DNA from: Brevinema sp.
GTDB lineage: Bacteria > Spirochaetota > Brevinematia > Brevinematales > Brevinemataceae
NCBI GenBank assembly: GCA_051653605.1
Contig: JBOFWL010000145.1
Span: 328,121-392,120 of the forward strand
Length of the DNA stretch: 64,000 nt
Direction of reading: 5' to 3'
Position numbers and translations under genes: made by a program. Within the stretch, counting starts at the first letter, position 1; the number at the start of each line of letters is the position of its first letter. Below, in pieces: positions 55,364 through 62,908 of the stretch. The notes under the pieces were generated by a model. That model saw only the letters and a program-made list of their open reading frames with translations, was not told where the DNA came from and did no database searches.

Positions 55364-55921
55364 ATGAAAAAGACATGGGTTTTATACTCTCTGTTAGCAC
55401 TTTTTCTTGTACCAGTTCAAACCAAAGCTTTCACAGGGGTCTACCTCGGGTGGACAGATTTTGCTAATACAGCACTTCCTGTCGACACAACAGCAAATAC
55501 CCTTGGTATGGGTGTGCTTGGCACAACACCAACACGTGTTTACTTTATCTATAATGTGTTGGGCCGCTTTGTGGTAACGCAGGGTGCATCGCCTGGTTTT
55601 TTAGGCTGGGGAATCGACCTACTTGTAGGTGTCGGTTACCGTTTCATGAATCCCGCATTTAAACGCAGTGGTTGGGATGTCGGGGTGGATGCCTTCTTTA
55701 ATTTTGTGCCATACTTCCTTAATAGTGAAACTACATTCACCGATACAGTATTATATTATTCTGTAGGCTTGGGAATCAATGTTATCTACAAAATCAACCC
55801 TTACGTTGGGATTGGTCTTCGAACAGGTCTTAGATATGTTTTTGAGGTTGATCATATATCCTCTCGAGTGCCCGGTGCAACGGGAGTAGGATTCACCTTT
55901 GGAGTCTTATTAACCTTCTAG
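55364..55921 (+). CDS. Hypothetical small outer-membrane beta-barrel protein
   Basis: 185 aa with signal peptide MKKTWVLYSLLALFLVPVQTKA, Gly/aromatic-rich beta strands and a C-terminal ...GVLLTF. Confidence 0.55.
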   Translation: MKKTWVLYSLLALFLVPVQTKAFTGVYLGWTDFANTALPVDTTANTLGMGVLGTTPTRVYFIYNVLGRFVVTQGASPGFLGWGIDLLVGVGYRFMNPAFKRSGWDVGVDAFFNFVPYFLNSETTFTDTVLYYSVGLGINVIYKINPYVGIGLRTGLRYVFEVDHISSRVPGATGVGFTFGVLLTF

Positions 55922-55943
55922 GTTTGTTAATTTAAATTTAGAT

Positions 55944-55970
55944 ACGTCACCATATGGTGACGTTTTTTTA
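55944..55970 (+). terminator. Intrinsic terminator
   Basis: ACGTCACC (55944-55951) pairs with GGTGACGT (55956-55963) and is followed by T7. Confidence 0.85.
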
Positions 55971-56083
55971 TTTTCATATTTTATTTAAAAAAGAGAATAA
56001 AAATACTTCTCCCTTATTTCAGACCGATTTTTGAAACTAAAGCCACTTTCCAGCGTTCATCATCCCATCAAATAAAGAAAAAA

Positions 56084-56362
56084 TCACTCAACCTGATCAA
56101 ATTGAGAAAAAAAATCGCCCAAACAAAGCTTTTCCTTAGCTTTTTTAGAAAGATTCTTAATTGCACGTTCCCTTTTAAGCGCGTTGCCATGTCCAAAAAT
56201 TCTTTCTATATAAAGAAGAGATATTGGTTGATGCATGCGCGTGTAGCTAGCGCCCCTGCCAAGAATATGCCGATCAAAGCGACGAAAAGGGTTTTTAGCG
56301 ATGCCGGTATAGAGGCTGCCATTATCGCAGCGAAGAAGATAAAGATACCATGTTTCCATCAT
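56084..56362 (-). CDS. GIY-YIG nuclease family protein (UPF0213/YhbQ-like)
   Basis: 92 aa with WYLYLLRCDNGSLYTGIAKNPFRRFDRH...ALKRERAIKNLSKKAKEKL. Confidence 0.85.
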   Translation of the reverse strand: MMETWYLYLLRCDNGSLYTGIAKNPFRRFDRHILGRGASYTRMHQPISLLYIERIFGHGNALKRERAIKNLSKKAKEKLCLGDFFSQFDQVE

Positions 56363-56420
56363 TTATTATAGAAAGATCGACATTTTTTGTCCACTTTGAA
56401 GATTTCTTTATGATAAAAGC

Positions 56421-56447
56421 TTAAGGATTTTAAAAAAAATCCGAAAA
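56421..56447 (+). promoter_or_regulatory. sigma28-like promoter upstream of fliY
   Basis: TTAA (56421-56424), N15, TCCGAAAA (56440-56447). It overlaps the inverted repeat GGATTTT/AAAATCC. Confidence 0.35.
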
Positions 56448-56486
56448 CTACTTAGGTTCTACAAAAATCCGGGAGGGAGGAAGAAA

Positions 56487-57503
56487 ATGAGTGATTCTCA
56501 ATTATCGCAGTCTGAATTGGATGCATTGATCCAAGGCACTCCGATTCAAAATAATAGCAGTGATAGTTTCACCGAGCAAGAAGATGCGGCGCTTAACAAA
56601 TTTTGCTTAGCTCTCGGAGAGGCTCGTGTTCCGCAGATAGCAGGGATTACGAATCAAAACGTGGTTCTTAGTCAAGCAAATTATATAAGTGGGCCAAGCA
56701 CTAAAATTGGTGAAGACATTTTAGGCTCTGTAGTTGGAGTGCGTAATGCTGTTTCTGGGGTTATAACTGGAGAGTGGATCTCTTTTGCCCCTGAAAGTAC
56801 AATTTTCAATGTTGCGGGTACAATGCTAGGTATCGAGAACGCCACCGAAGTTTCTGAAGAAATGGTAGGTGCCATTGGAGAAGCGCTTAGTAATGGCTTT
56901 GCCTCTGACACAAAAATCTTAGGAGAGCAGTTAAAAGGGGCTATTACACAAGTTCCATCTCAAGCTAGCTCTTTTACAGCTATTGGCGACTTAATTCCTT
57001 CTACAGGCTCATTTACACGTCTTACTTTCACCTATAAGGTGGGCGAAGCGTTGGTTCCTTTCCATGTAGTGATCCCAATGAATGTGGCAAAAGAAATCGC
57101 CCGCATACTCATTCCAACCCCTAATCCATCTATCAACCCAACGGCGGCAATGAATAATAGTGTTCCTATGCAAATGGCACAGTTCCAACAATTTGGCGCC
57201 CCCAAACCTGTGGAAGGCATCGACAACCTCACCTTACTTCTTGATGTGCCAATGCGCGTTACCGTCGAGCTTGGGCGTACACGTATGACAATTAAAGACA
57301 TTCTTAATCTTGGAGCAGGTTCTATTGTGGAGCTAGAAAAGCTTGCGGGAGAACCTGTAGACGTGCTTGTTAACGATAAACTTATTGCACTTGGCGAGGT
57401 TGTGGTGATCGACGAAAACTTCTCTATCCGTGTAACAAAAGTTGTCACACCTATGGAGCGTATTTTCGATCGAGAAAATCTTCATGGTAAAGGTGGCATT
57501 TAA
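56487..57503 (+). CDS. fliY: Flagellar motor switch protein FliY/FliN
   Basis: 338 aa with the N-terminal LSQSELDALI motif. The C-terminal FliN/SpoA domain is LLLDVPMRVTVELGRTRMTIKDILNLGAGSIVELEKLAGEPVDVLVNDKLIALGEVVVIDENFSIRV. The SD is GGGAGGGAGG. Confidence 0.85.
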   Translation: MSDSQLSQSELDALIQGTPIQNNSSDSFTEQEDAALNKFCLALGEARVPQIAGITNQNVVLSQANYISGPSTKIGEDILGSVVGVRNAVSGVITGEWISFAPESTIFNVAGTMLGIENATEVSEEMVGAIGEALSNGFASDTKILGEQLKGAITQVPSQASSFTAIGDLIPSTGSFTRLTFTYKVGEALVPFHVVIPMNVAKEIARILIPTPNPSINPTAAMNNSVPMQMAQFQQFGAPKPVEGIDNLTLLLDVPMRVTVELGRTRMTIKDILNLGAGSIVELEKLAGEPVDVLVNDKLIALGEVVVIDENFSIRVTKVVTPMERIFDRENLHGKGGI

Positions 57504-57518
57504 GCCTTTGGAGAAAAA

Positions 57519-57677
57519 ATGAATAAGATAAGAACCGAAGATAGCCATGACGGTTTTGAGTCCCCAAAAACTCTTATATTATTGAAAAAAATTATGAGAG
57601 GCACTATTCGAGCTTATGTATTGGCATTAGTACTTCTTGTAATAATATCTTTCATCTCCAAAATATTTTTCAAATAG
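57519..57677 (+). CDS. 52-aa single-pass membrane mini-protein downstream of fliY (not in the ORF track)
   Basis: The ATG at 57519 lies 4 nt after GGAGA and 15 nt after the fliY stop. My translation is MNKIRTEDSHDGFESPKTLILLKKIMRGTIRAYVLALVLLVIISFISKIFFK. A terminator follows directly. Confidence 0.4.
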   Translation: MNKIRTEDSHDGFESPKTLILLKKIMRGTIRAYVLALVLLVIISFISKIFFK

Positions 57678-57712
57678 AAAAAAAACCTCCCAGTCTGTGG
57701 GAGGTTTTCTTA
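57678..57712 (+). terminator. Terminator of the fliY unit
   Basis: AACCTCCCA (57684-57692) pairs with TGGGAGGTT (57698-57706) and is followed by a T-rich tail. Confidence 0.85.
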
Positions 57713-57726
57713 TTTAAAAAAGAATA

Positions 57727-57762
57727 AAAAAAGAAAACCCCCCACGGACTTGCGGGGGGTTT
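57727..57762 (-). terminator. Terminator of the rplY-pth unit
   Basis: C6 (57738-57743) pairs with G6 (57754-57759). TTTTCTTTTTT follows on the minus strand. Confidence 0.75.
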
Positions 57763-57776
57763 AAGTAGGAATAAAA

Positions 57777-58358
57777 CTAAGCTTCGGCTTCAATGAGTTG
57801 GCAAGGGGCATTATCTGAACAATCTTCAATGCGGCCTTCAAGAATCATCTGGATCATATCACAAGCTCTATCAAGAACAGTGTCAAGGCTTTCCATCTCT
57901 GCTTTAGAGAAAGAACCAAGCACATGTTTCTCCATGGCTTCTATATTCTCCGGACGCCCGATTCCAACACGAACTCTGGGAAAACTATCAGATTTTAAAA
58001 ATCTAATAAGGGATTTAATCCCATTATGTCCTCCTGAAGAGCCATATTTTCGAACACGAAGGTCTCCAAAAGAAAGATTGGCATCATCACAAATAACAAT
58101 AATATCTTCTGGTTTAACGCGCAAAAAGCTTGCCATATATAGAACAGCTTCACCGCTAAGATTAACAAACGTTTGTGGCTTAAGAAGTAAAACCTTATCG
58201 GTTCCGTAGCGCATTTTTCCAATAATGGATTTCTTTTTTTTCACACCGACCACAACTTTATGGCGTTCTGCAAAGCGATCTAGTACCATAAAGCCCAAGT
58301 TATGACGAGTGTTCTCGTAACATGAACCAGGATTTCCCAGGCCTACGATTAATTTCAC
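57777..58358 (-). CDS. pth: Peptidyl-tRNA hydrolase
   Basis: 193 aa with LIVGLGNPGSCYENTRHNLGF and GGHNGIKS. Confidence 0.95.
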   Translation of the reverse strand: MKLIVGLGNPGSCYENTRHNLGFMVLDRFAERHKVVVGVKKKKSIIGKMRYGTDKVLLLKPQTFVNLSGEAVLYMASFLRVKPEDIIVICDDANLSFGDLRVRKYGSSGGHNGIKSLIRFLKSDSFPRVRVGIGRPENIEAMEKHVLGSFSKAEMESLDTVLDRACDMIQMILEGRIEDCSDNAPCQLIEAEA

Positions 58359-58410
58359 AAGAAACCTCCTGTATCTCTACCGAAAGCAGAGAGTCCACTG
58401 TGTTTAAGGG

Positions 58411-58971
58411 TTATTTTACTTCAGCAATAACCACGCCTTTATTTGTTACAATGGAACAACCTTTGATAGCGGGGAGATCACGAACAATAACATATTGTTT
58501 TTTCTGCAAATGTGCAATATCTAAAGGAATAGATTTAGGCATATCAGCAGGTGTAGCACGGATAAGTAATTTTCGTGCGTAGGTAAGTAAGTTACCACCT
58601 TCTTTAACCCCGATAGGTGTACCAGAGAAGATGATAGGAATTAATGTTTGGTATTCTTTATCTTTTTGAATTACAAAGAAATCAACATGTAGGAAGCGAC
58701 GAGAAATAGGATCAATTTTGTATTCTTTAACAATAACAGTATACTCTTTTCCTTCTACAGATAAAGTAAAGGGAACGTGTCTTTCGTTGACAGCAAAGAG
58801 TTTTTCGAAAGAAACATAATCGACGGAGCAATAAACATTTTCTTTTAATGCTGGGCCGTAAGCAACGGCTGGGAGACGAAATTCTGCACGAATGCGATTG
58901 TTAGCACCTTTTGTGCTGAGGGGGCGTGACTGCGCCTCCAATTTTTCTGTGGACCATTTTTTTTCGGCCAT
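58411..58971 (-). CDS. rplY: 50S ribosomal protein L25 (Ctc form)
   Basis: 186 aa with an L25 N-terminal domain plus a C-terminal Ctc extension. The rplY-pth order is conserved. Confidence 0.9.
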   Translation of the reverse strand: MAEKKWSTEKLEAQSRPLSTKGANNRIRAEFRLPAVAYGPALKENVYCSVDYVSFEKLFAVNERHVPFTLSVEGKEYTVIVKEYKIDPISRRFLHVDFFVIQKDKEYQTLIPIIFSGTPIGVKEGGNLLTYARKLLIRATPADMPKSIPLDIAHLQKKQYVIVRDLPAIKGCSIVTNKGVVIAEVK

Positions 58972-59024
58972 GAGTGTTCCTCCTGGGTATCGGCGCGTAC
59001 GCCTACAACCAAATATATGTATAC

Positions 59025-59053
59025 ATTATAGCATATTATTCATTGTTTTTCAA
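59025..59053 (-). promoter_or_regulatory. Consensus sigma70 promoter for rplY-pth
   Basis: On the minus strand: TTGAAA (59053-59048), N17, TATAAT (59030-59025). Confidence 0.7.
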
Positions 59054-59124
59054 GACACTTTTAAGGGTTTGAATAGCTTAATGAAGCGTGTTCTCGACAA
59101 TATTTATTGTTAAAATTTGTTAAT

Positions 59125-60327
59125 TTAATGATCTCTTAAATTAGCACCCGATTGAAGCTGATGATACACTGCTTCAATATTGGCGCATTGCATGGCAACG
59201 CCAACGGCGAGAGCTCTTTCATCAATATCAAAATATTCGTTATGAATGGTGGCAGTAATTCCTTTTTCCTTATTGCCTACTCCAAGGTGGAAAAACGCCC
59301 CTGGGGCTTCGAAGAGGTAATAAGCAAAATCTTCTACGCCCATATTGCAGTGCTGGTGTACTACAACATTTTCATCGCCCAGCATTTTTTTAGCATTTTC
59401 TTCAACGATGCTCACAACGGGGTTGTGGTTAATCAACATGGTGTAGCTGGGTTTACGTTCAAATTCACCCTTTCCCCCCATCATGGTGGCGGTGTGTTCT
59501 ACAATTTCCTGAACTCGCTTATTTGCGTATTCTCTAGTTTGAGGGTTGAGGGAGCGAATGGTACCGTGGAGCTCAACACAATCGCAGATAATGTTAGAAG
59601 CGGTGCCACCCTTAATGATTCCTATACTGATGACGAGAGAATCACGGGCATCGGTGTTGCGGGAAACAATAGTCTGTATGGCATTAATAACTTGGGCTGC
59701 AATAACGATAGCATCAACGGCATCAGAAGGGTAAGCGCCGTGTCCAGATCGCCCCATTATCTTAATTGAAAACCCGTCGGAAGCAGCCTGCATAGCTCCA
59801 TATCTCACGCCTATGGTTCCAGCCTCTAGCGCAGAATTTACGTGGATCCCCAAAATGGCACTAACATCTTTCATAACGCCAGCCTCAATCATGGGAACGG
59901 CTCCTCCTGTGGTCTCTTCTGCTGGCTGGAAGATCAATTTTAAGTTACAAGGAGGAGAAAATAGGCCTTCAGAAACCATTTTAGCAACACCTAAGGCTAC
60001 TGTTGTGTGAGCGTCATGCCCACAGGCGTGCATTTTTCCATCAATTTTAGATTTATAAGGCACATTATTAGCTTCTAGAATGGGTAAAGCATCGATATCG
60101 GCGCGTAAAGCTATGGTAATGCTAGGGTCTTTCCCTGGAATATGAGCGGTGATACCAGTGATAGCAATTTCTTTTTGATGAGAGAATTTCATCTCTTCAA
60201 GCAATTGAGAAATAGTGGCGGAGGTCTGAAATTCTTCAAAACCAAGCTCTGGATTCATATGGAAATTACGTCGAACAGAACTAAGCCAAGAATCTAACGT
60301 ACGTGCATTTTCAAGAAAAGACATCAA
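59125..60327 (-). CDS. M20D family amidohydrolase (N-acyl-amino acid / N-acetyl-DAP deacylase-like)
   Basis: 400 aa with HACGHDAH, FQPAEE and an M20 dimerisation insert. Confidence 0.85.
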   Translation of the reverse strand: MMSFLENARTLDSWLSSVRRNFHMNPELGFEEFQTSATISQLLEEMKFSHQKEIAITGITAHIPGKDPSITIALRADIDALPILEANNVPYKSKIDGKMHACGHDAHTTVALGVAKMVSEGLFSPPCNLKLIFQPAEETTGGAVPMIEAGVMKDVSAILGIHVNSALEAGTIGVRYGAMQAASDGFSIKIMGRSGHGAYPSDAVDAIVIAAQVINAIQTIVSRNTDARDSLVISIGIIKGGTASNIICDCVELHGTIRSLNPQTREYANKRVQEIVEHTATMMGGKGEFERKPSYTMLINHNPVVSIVEENAKKMLGDENVVVHQHCNMGVEDFAYYLFEAPGAFFHLGVGNKEKGITATIHNEYFDIDERALAVGVAMQCANIEAVYHQLQSGANLRDH

Positions 60328-60336
60328 AATGCCTCC

Positions 60337-61230
60337 TTATTTAGATAAAAAATTTTCTATTAATGTAAGCGAGCCAGCATGAGTGTCCAGCGACATCCTC
60401 ACCCCTAAGGGCAACGAAAAATTAGGGCTGCAATGCCCTATCTTTAAACCGGTGATGACAGGGATAGAGATATCCCTTGTATTTTCGTTGATTGATTCCA
60501 GAACATAGGCTTGATATTCCTCGGGGTTATCGGAGCCATCATGAATGTCTCCAACAAGAAGCCCAGAAAGACGCGACAACACCTTAGCATTACGCAAGGT
60601 TCTCAGCATGCGGTCTATCTTGTACGCAGGCTCATTAATATCCTCAATAAAAAGAAGACAACCTTCGAGATTGGGCATAAAATCAGAGCCTAAAGAGGCC
60701 ATAAAAACGGATAAATTCCCCCCAAGAACGACGCCATTAGCAGTTCCATGCCTCAAAACAGAGAACGAAGGGCTTTTAAACACCCCTGAATACAGAAAAT
60801 CAAGCATATTGTCAAGCGATTCTGGGGCTTTGCCCGCAATATCAGAAGAAATCATCGGGGCATGAAGCGTTTTCAAGCCACATTTTGCTATAAAAGCCAT
60901 GTGGAGAGAGGTTATATCAGAATATCCAATAAAAACTTTAGGGTTGTTTCGAATCAAATTGTAATCTAAATATTCGAGGAGCCTAATCGAGCCATAGCCT
61001 CCACGAGAGCAAATCACCACCTGCGCCGACGCTTGTGTAAAAGCCCAGTGCAAATCTTCAATCTGTTGAGCGACGGTGCCTCCATAGCCTTGGTAGTCGA
61101 CATCCCAATGGGGGCTGCGTAGCACGGTTAATCCTCGGCTTTCTAAAATCGCAATGCCCTTTTCGGTTAACGTTTTATTTGCGGCAGAAGCGGGGCTAAC
61201 AATGGCAAGGGTATCAACAAGCGGTCTCAT
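60337..61230 (-). CDS. ldcA: LD-carboxypeptidase (peptidase S66, LdcA-like)
   Basis: 297 aa with IVSPAS at the N-terminus, the nucleophile motif FIGYSDITSLH and a C-terminal GHC...P region. Confidence 0.85.
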   Translation of the reverse strand: MRPLVDTLAIVSPASAANKTLTEKGIAILESRGLTVLRSPHWDVDYQGYGGTVAQQIEDLHWAFTQASAQVVICSRGGYGSIRLLEYLDYNLIRNNPKVFIGYSDITSLHMAFIAKCGLKTLHAPMISSDIAGKAPESLDNMLDFLYSGVFKSPSFSVLRHGTANGVVLGGNLSVFMASLGSDFMPNLEGCLLFIEDINEPAYKIDRMLRTLRNAKVLSRLSGLLVGDIHDGSDNPEEYQAYVLESINENTRDISIPVITGLKIGHCSPNFSLPLGVRMSLDTHAGSLTLIENFLSK

Positions 61231-61775
61231 TGGGCGAGATACCCAAAAATTATATGAGAAATAATGATAGATGCAGTAACGCCAGCAAAATCGGCGAGCA
61301 AACCGGCTGCAAGGGCATGGCGATAGCGTTTCACCCCTACAGATCCAAAATAAACGGCCAAAATATAAAGCGTGGTGTCGGTACTATTGGTAATAATCGA
61401 GGCCATCATGCCGATAAAGCTGTCTGGGCCGTGAGTTTGGAAGAGTTCTGCAAGAATGCCAGTTGCGGCAGCACTAGAAACGGGGCGTAACAAGCCTAGA
61501 GGAAGCACTTCTGGCGGGATACCTAAGGGAAGAAAGATTGGGGAGAGCCAGCTCGTAAAGAGTTGAATGGCACCAGAATGGCGAAGCATTCCTATAACAG
61601 TTAAGAAGCCAACAAGAAAGGGTATCAGCTTAACCGCAATATGAACCCCTTCCTTTGCGCCATCAATAAAGACCTCAAAAACAGGTACTTTTTTGATAAA
61701 ATAGGCATAGGCAGTAATAAAGGCGATTAAGATGGGGACGATATAAGAAGAAATTTTAGAAATAATCTCTATCAT
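61227..61775 (-). CDS. spmB: SpmB-like nucleoside-recognition (Gate) domain membrane protein
   Basis: 182 aa, polytopic, immediately after spmA. It overlaps the ldcA start by 4 nt. Confidence 0.8.
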   Translation of the reverse strand: MIEIISKISSYIVPILIAFITAYAYFIKKVPVFEVFIDGAKEGVHIAVKLIPFLVGFLTVIGMLRHSGAIQLFTSWLSPIFLPLGIPPEVLPLGLLRPVSSAAATGILAELFQTHGPDSFIGMMASIITNSTDTTLYILAVYFGSVGVKRYRHALAAGLLADFAGVTASIIISHIIFGYLAQ

Positions 61776-61778
61776 TGC

Positions 61779-62360
61779 CTAATCCTTGGAAAATTTTTGA
61801 AGGATTTTCACAGCAAGAATAGCAAATATAGTAGAAAAAAAACTTGAAAGTAAAGTTGGTACAATGATAGCCGCGGGCATAGTAGAGCCATTAGCCTGCC
61901 TAAAGTTCATCACCCCTACGGAAATAAGAGTCACCGATGAAGTATTAATGGCCAAAAACATACACATAGCATTTGTAGCGGTATCTTTTTTCGGGTTAAG
62001 TTCCTGCATTTGTTCCATGGCTTTTAAACCTAGTGGCGTTGCAGCATTTCCAATGCCAAAAATATTTGCGGTGAAATTAGCGGTAATGCTACCTAAAGCA
62101 GGGTGGTCTTCAGGAATATCTGGAAAGAGTTTTTTAAGGATGGGATGAAGTTTTTTCCCGAGAGCACTAACCAAGCCAGCGGCTTCGGCGATTTTCAGAA
62201 CACCCAGCCAAAGCGTAAGGAAACCAACCATATTGAAGATTAATTCCACAGAGCTTTTAGCTGAATTCATCGTGGCCTCGGTAAGAGTTTCCGCCTTTCC
62301 CGTAAAAAAAGAAACAACAACGGCAATAACAATAAAAGAAACCCAAATTAAATTGACCAT
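61779..62360 (-). CDS. spmA: SpmA-like nucleoside-recognition (Gate) domain membrane protein
   Basis: 193 aa that aligns along its full length with B. subtilis SpmA as I remember it (MVNLIWVSF..., LKIAEAAGL, LFPDIPEDHPALG, GIGNAATPLGLKAMEQMQELN). Confidence 0.85.
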   Translation of the reverse strand: MVNLIWVSFIVIAVVVSFFTGKAETLTEATMNSAKSSVELIFNMVGFLTLWLGVLKIAEAAGLVSALGKKLHPILKKLFPDIPEDHPALGSITANFTANIFGIGNAATPLGLKAMEQMQELNPKKDTATNAMCMFLAINTSSVTLISVGVMNFRQANGSTMPAAIIVPTLLSSFFSTIFAILAVKILQKFSKD

Positions 62361-62409
62361 ATATTCTCCTTACGAGCGTCCGTGCTGGAAGGCAGTCATC
62401 GGCAAGCGA

Positions 62410-62886
62410 TTATTTTTTAATTTTAGAAGGAGGAAGTTCTTCTTCGTTGAGGAAGTCAAACTCGGAATTAAGGCGAAGCAACTCATCTTGAGAAAGTTCT
62501 GGAAGTTCGGATTCGGTTTCTTCAATATCAACAAGATCATCTTTGGTTCGAGAAGAATGAATCCCTTTCATTAGGTCGTCCAATCGATAAAAATTGCGTT
62601 TTTCAGGGATAAGAATATGAACAACATAGTCACCATGATCCATCGCTAACCAGCCCTCGGAGTAATCTTCGGTGGGGTTACGCAAAGGAAGCCCATTTTG
62701 CTTACCAATTAATGCCAAGGTATTGCGGGCAGCATTAAGTTGCAAAATATGCTCGGCAGTGGCAACGAAAGCCATTTCGGTAAGGGGGCTTTTGCCCTCG
62801 ACATCATAAACAGCGATGTCTGTCATGGTAAGCCGTTTACATTCTTCGGTGAGGAGTTCAGCAATTTGTTGAAGATTTTTGTCCAT
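62410..62886 (-). CDS. rsfS: Ribosome silencing factor RsfS with acidic C-terminal extension
   Basis: 158 aa with an Iojap/RsfS core (DIAVYDVEGKSPLTEMAFVATA...WLAMDHGDYVVHILIPEKRNFYRLDDL) and about 45 extra acidic residues. Confidence 0.9.
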   Translation of the reverse strand: MDKNLQQIAELLTEECKRLTMTDIAVYDVEGKSPLTEMAFVATAEHILQLNAARNTLALIGKQNGLPLRNPTEDYSEGWLAMDHGDYVVHILIPEKRNFYRLDDLMKGIHSSRTKDDLVDIEETESELPELSQDELLRLNSEFDFLNEEELPPSKIKK

Positions 62887-62908
62887 AATAATTATTCCTT
62901 AATTTTGC

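Noticed and set aside
55257-55367. A 36-codon hydrophobic upstream ORF (MYYSIRTTRILFSLFSVIFFPILLFGTEKFFLRFFI) whose stop overlaps the OMP ATG as ATGA.
   Set aside because: Its ATG lies inside the predicted -10 hexamer (55253-55258), so it would not be on the transcript. It has no SD, and its composition reflects T-rich leader sequence.
59152-59769. A 205-aa + strand ORF.
   Set aside because: It is entirely antisense to the M20D amidohydrolase gene, whose motifs (HACGHDAH) establish the true frame.
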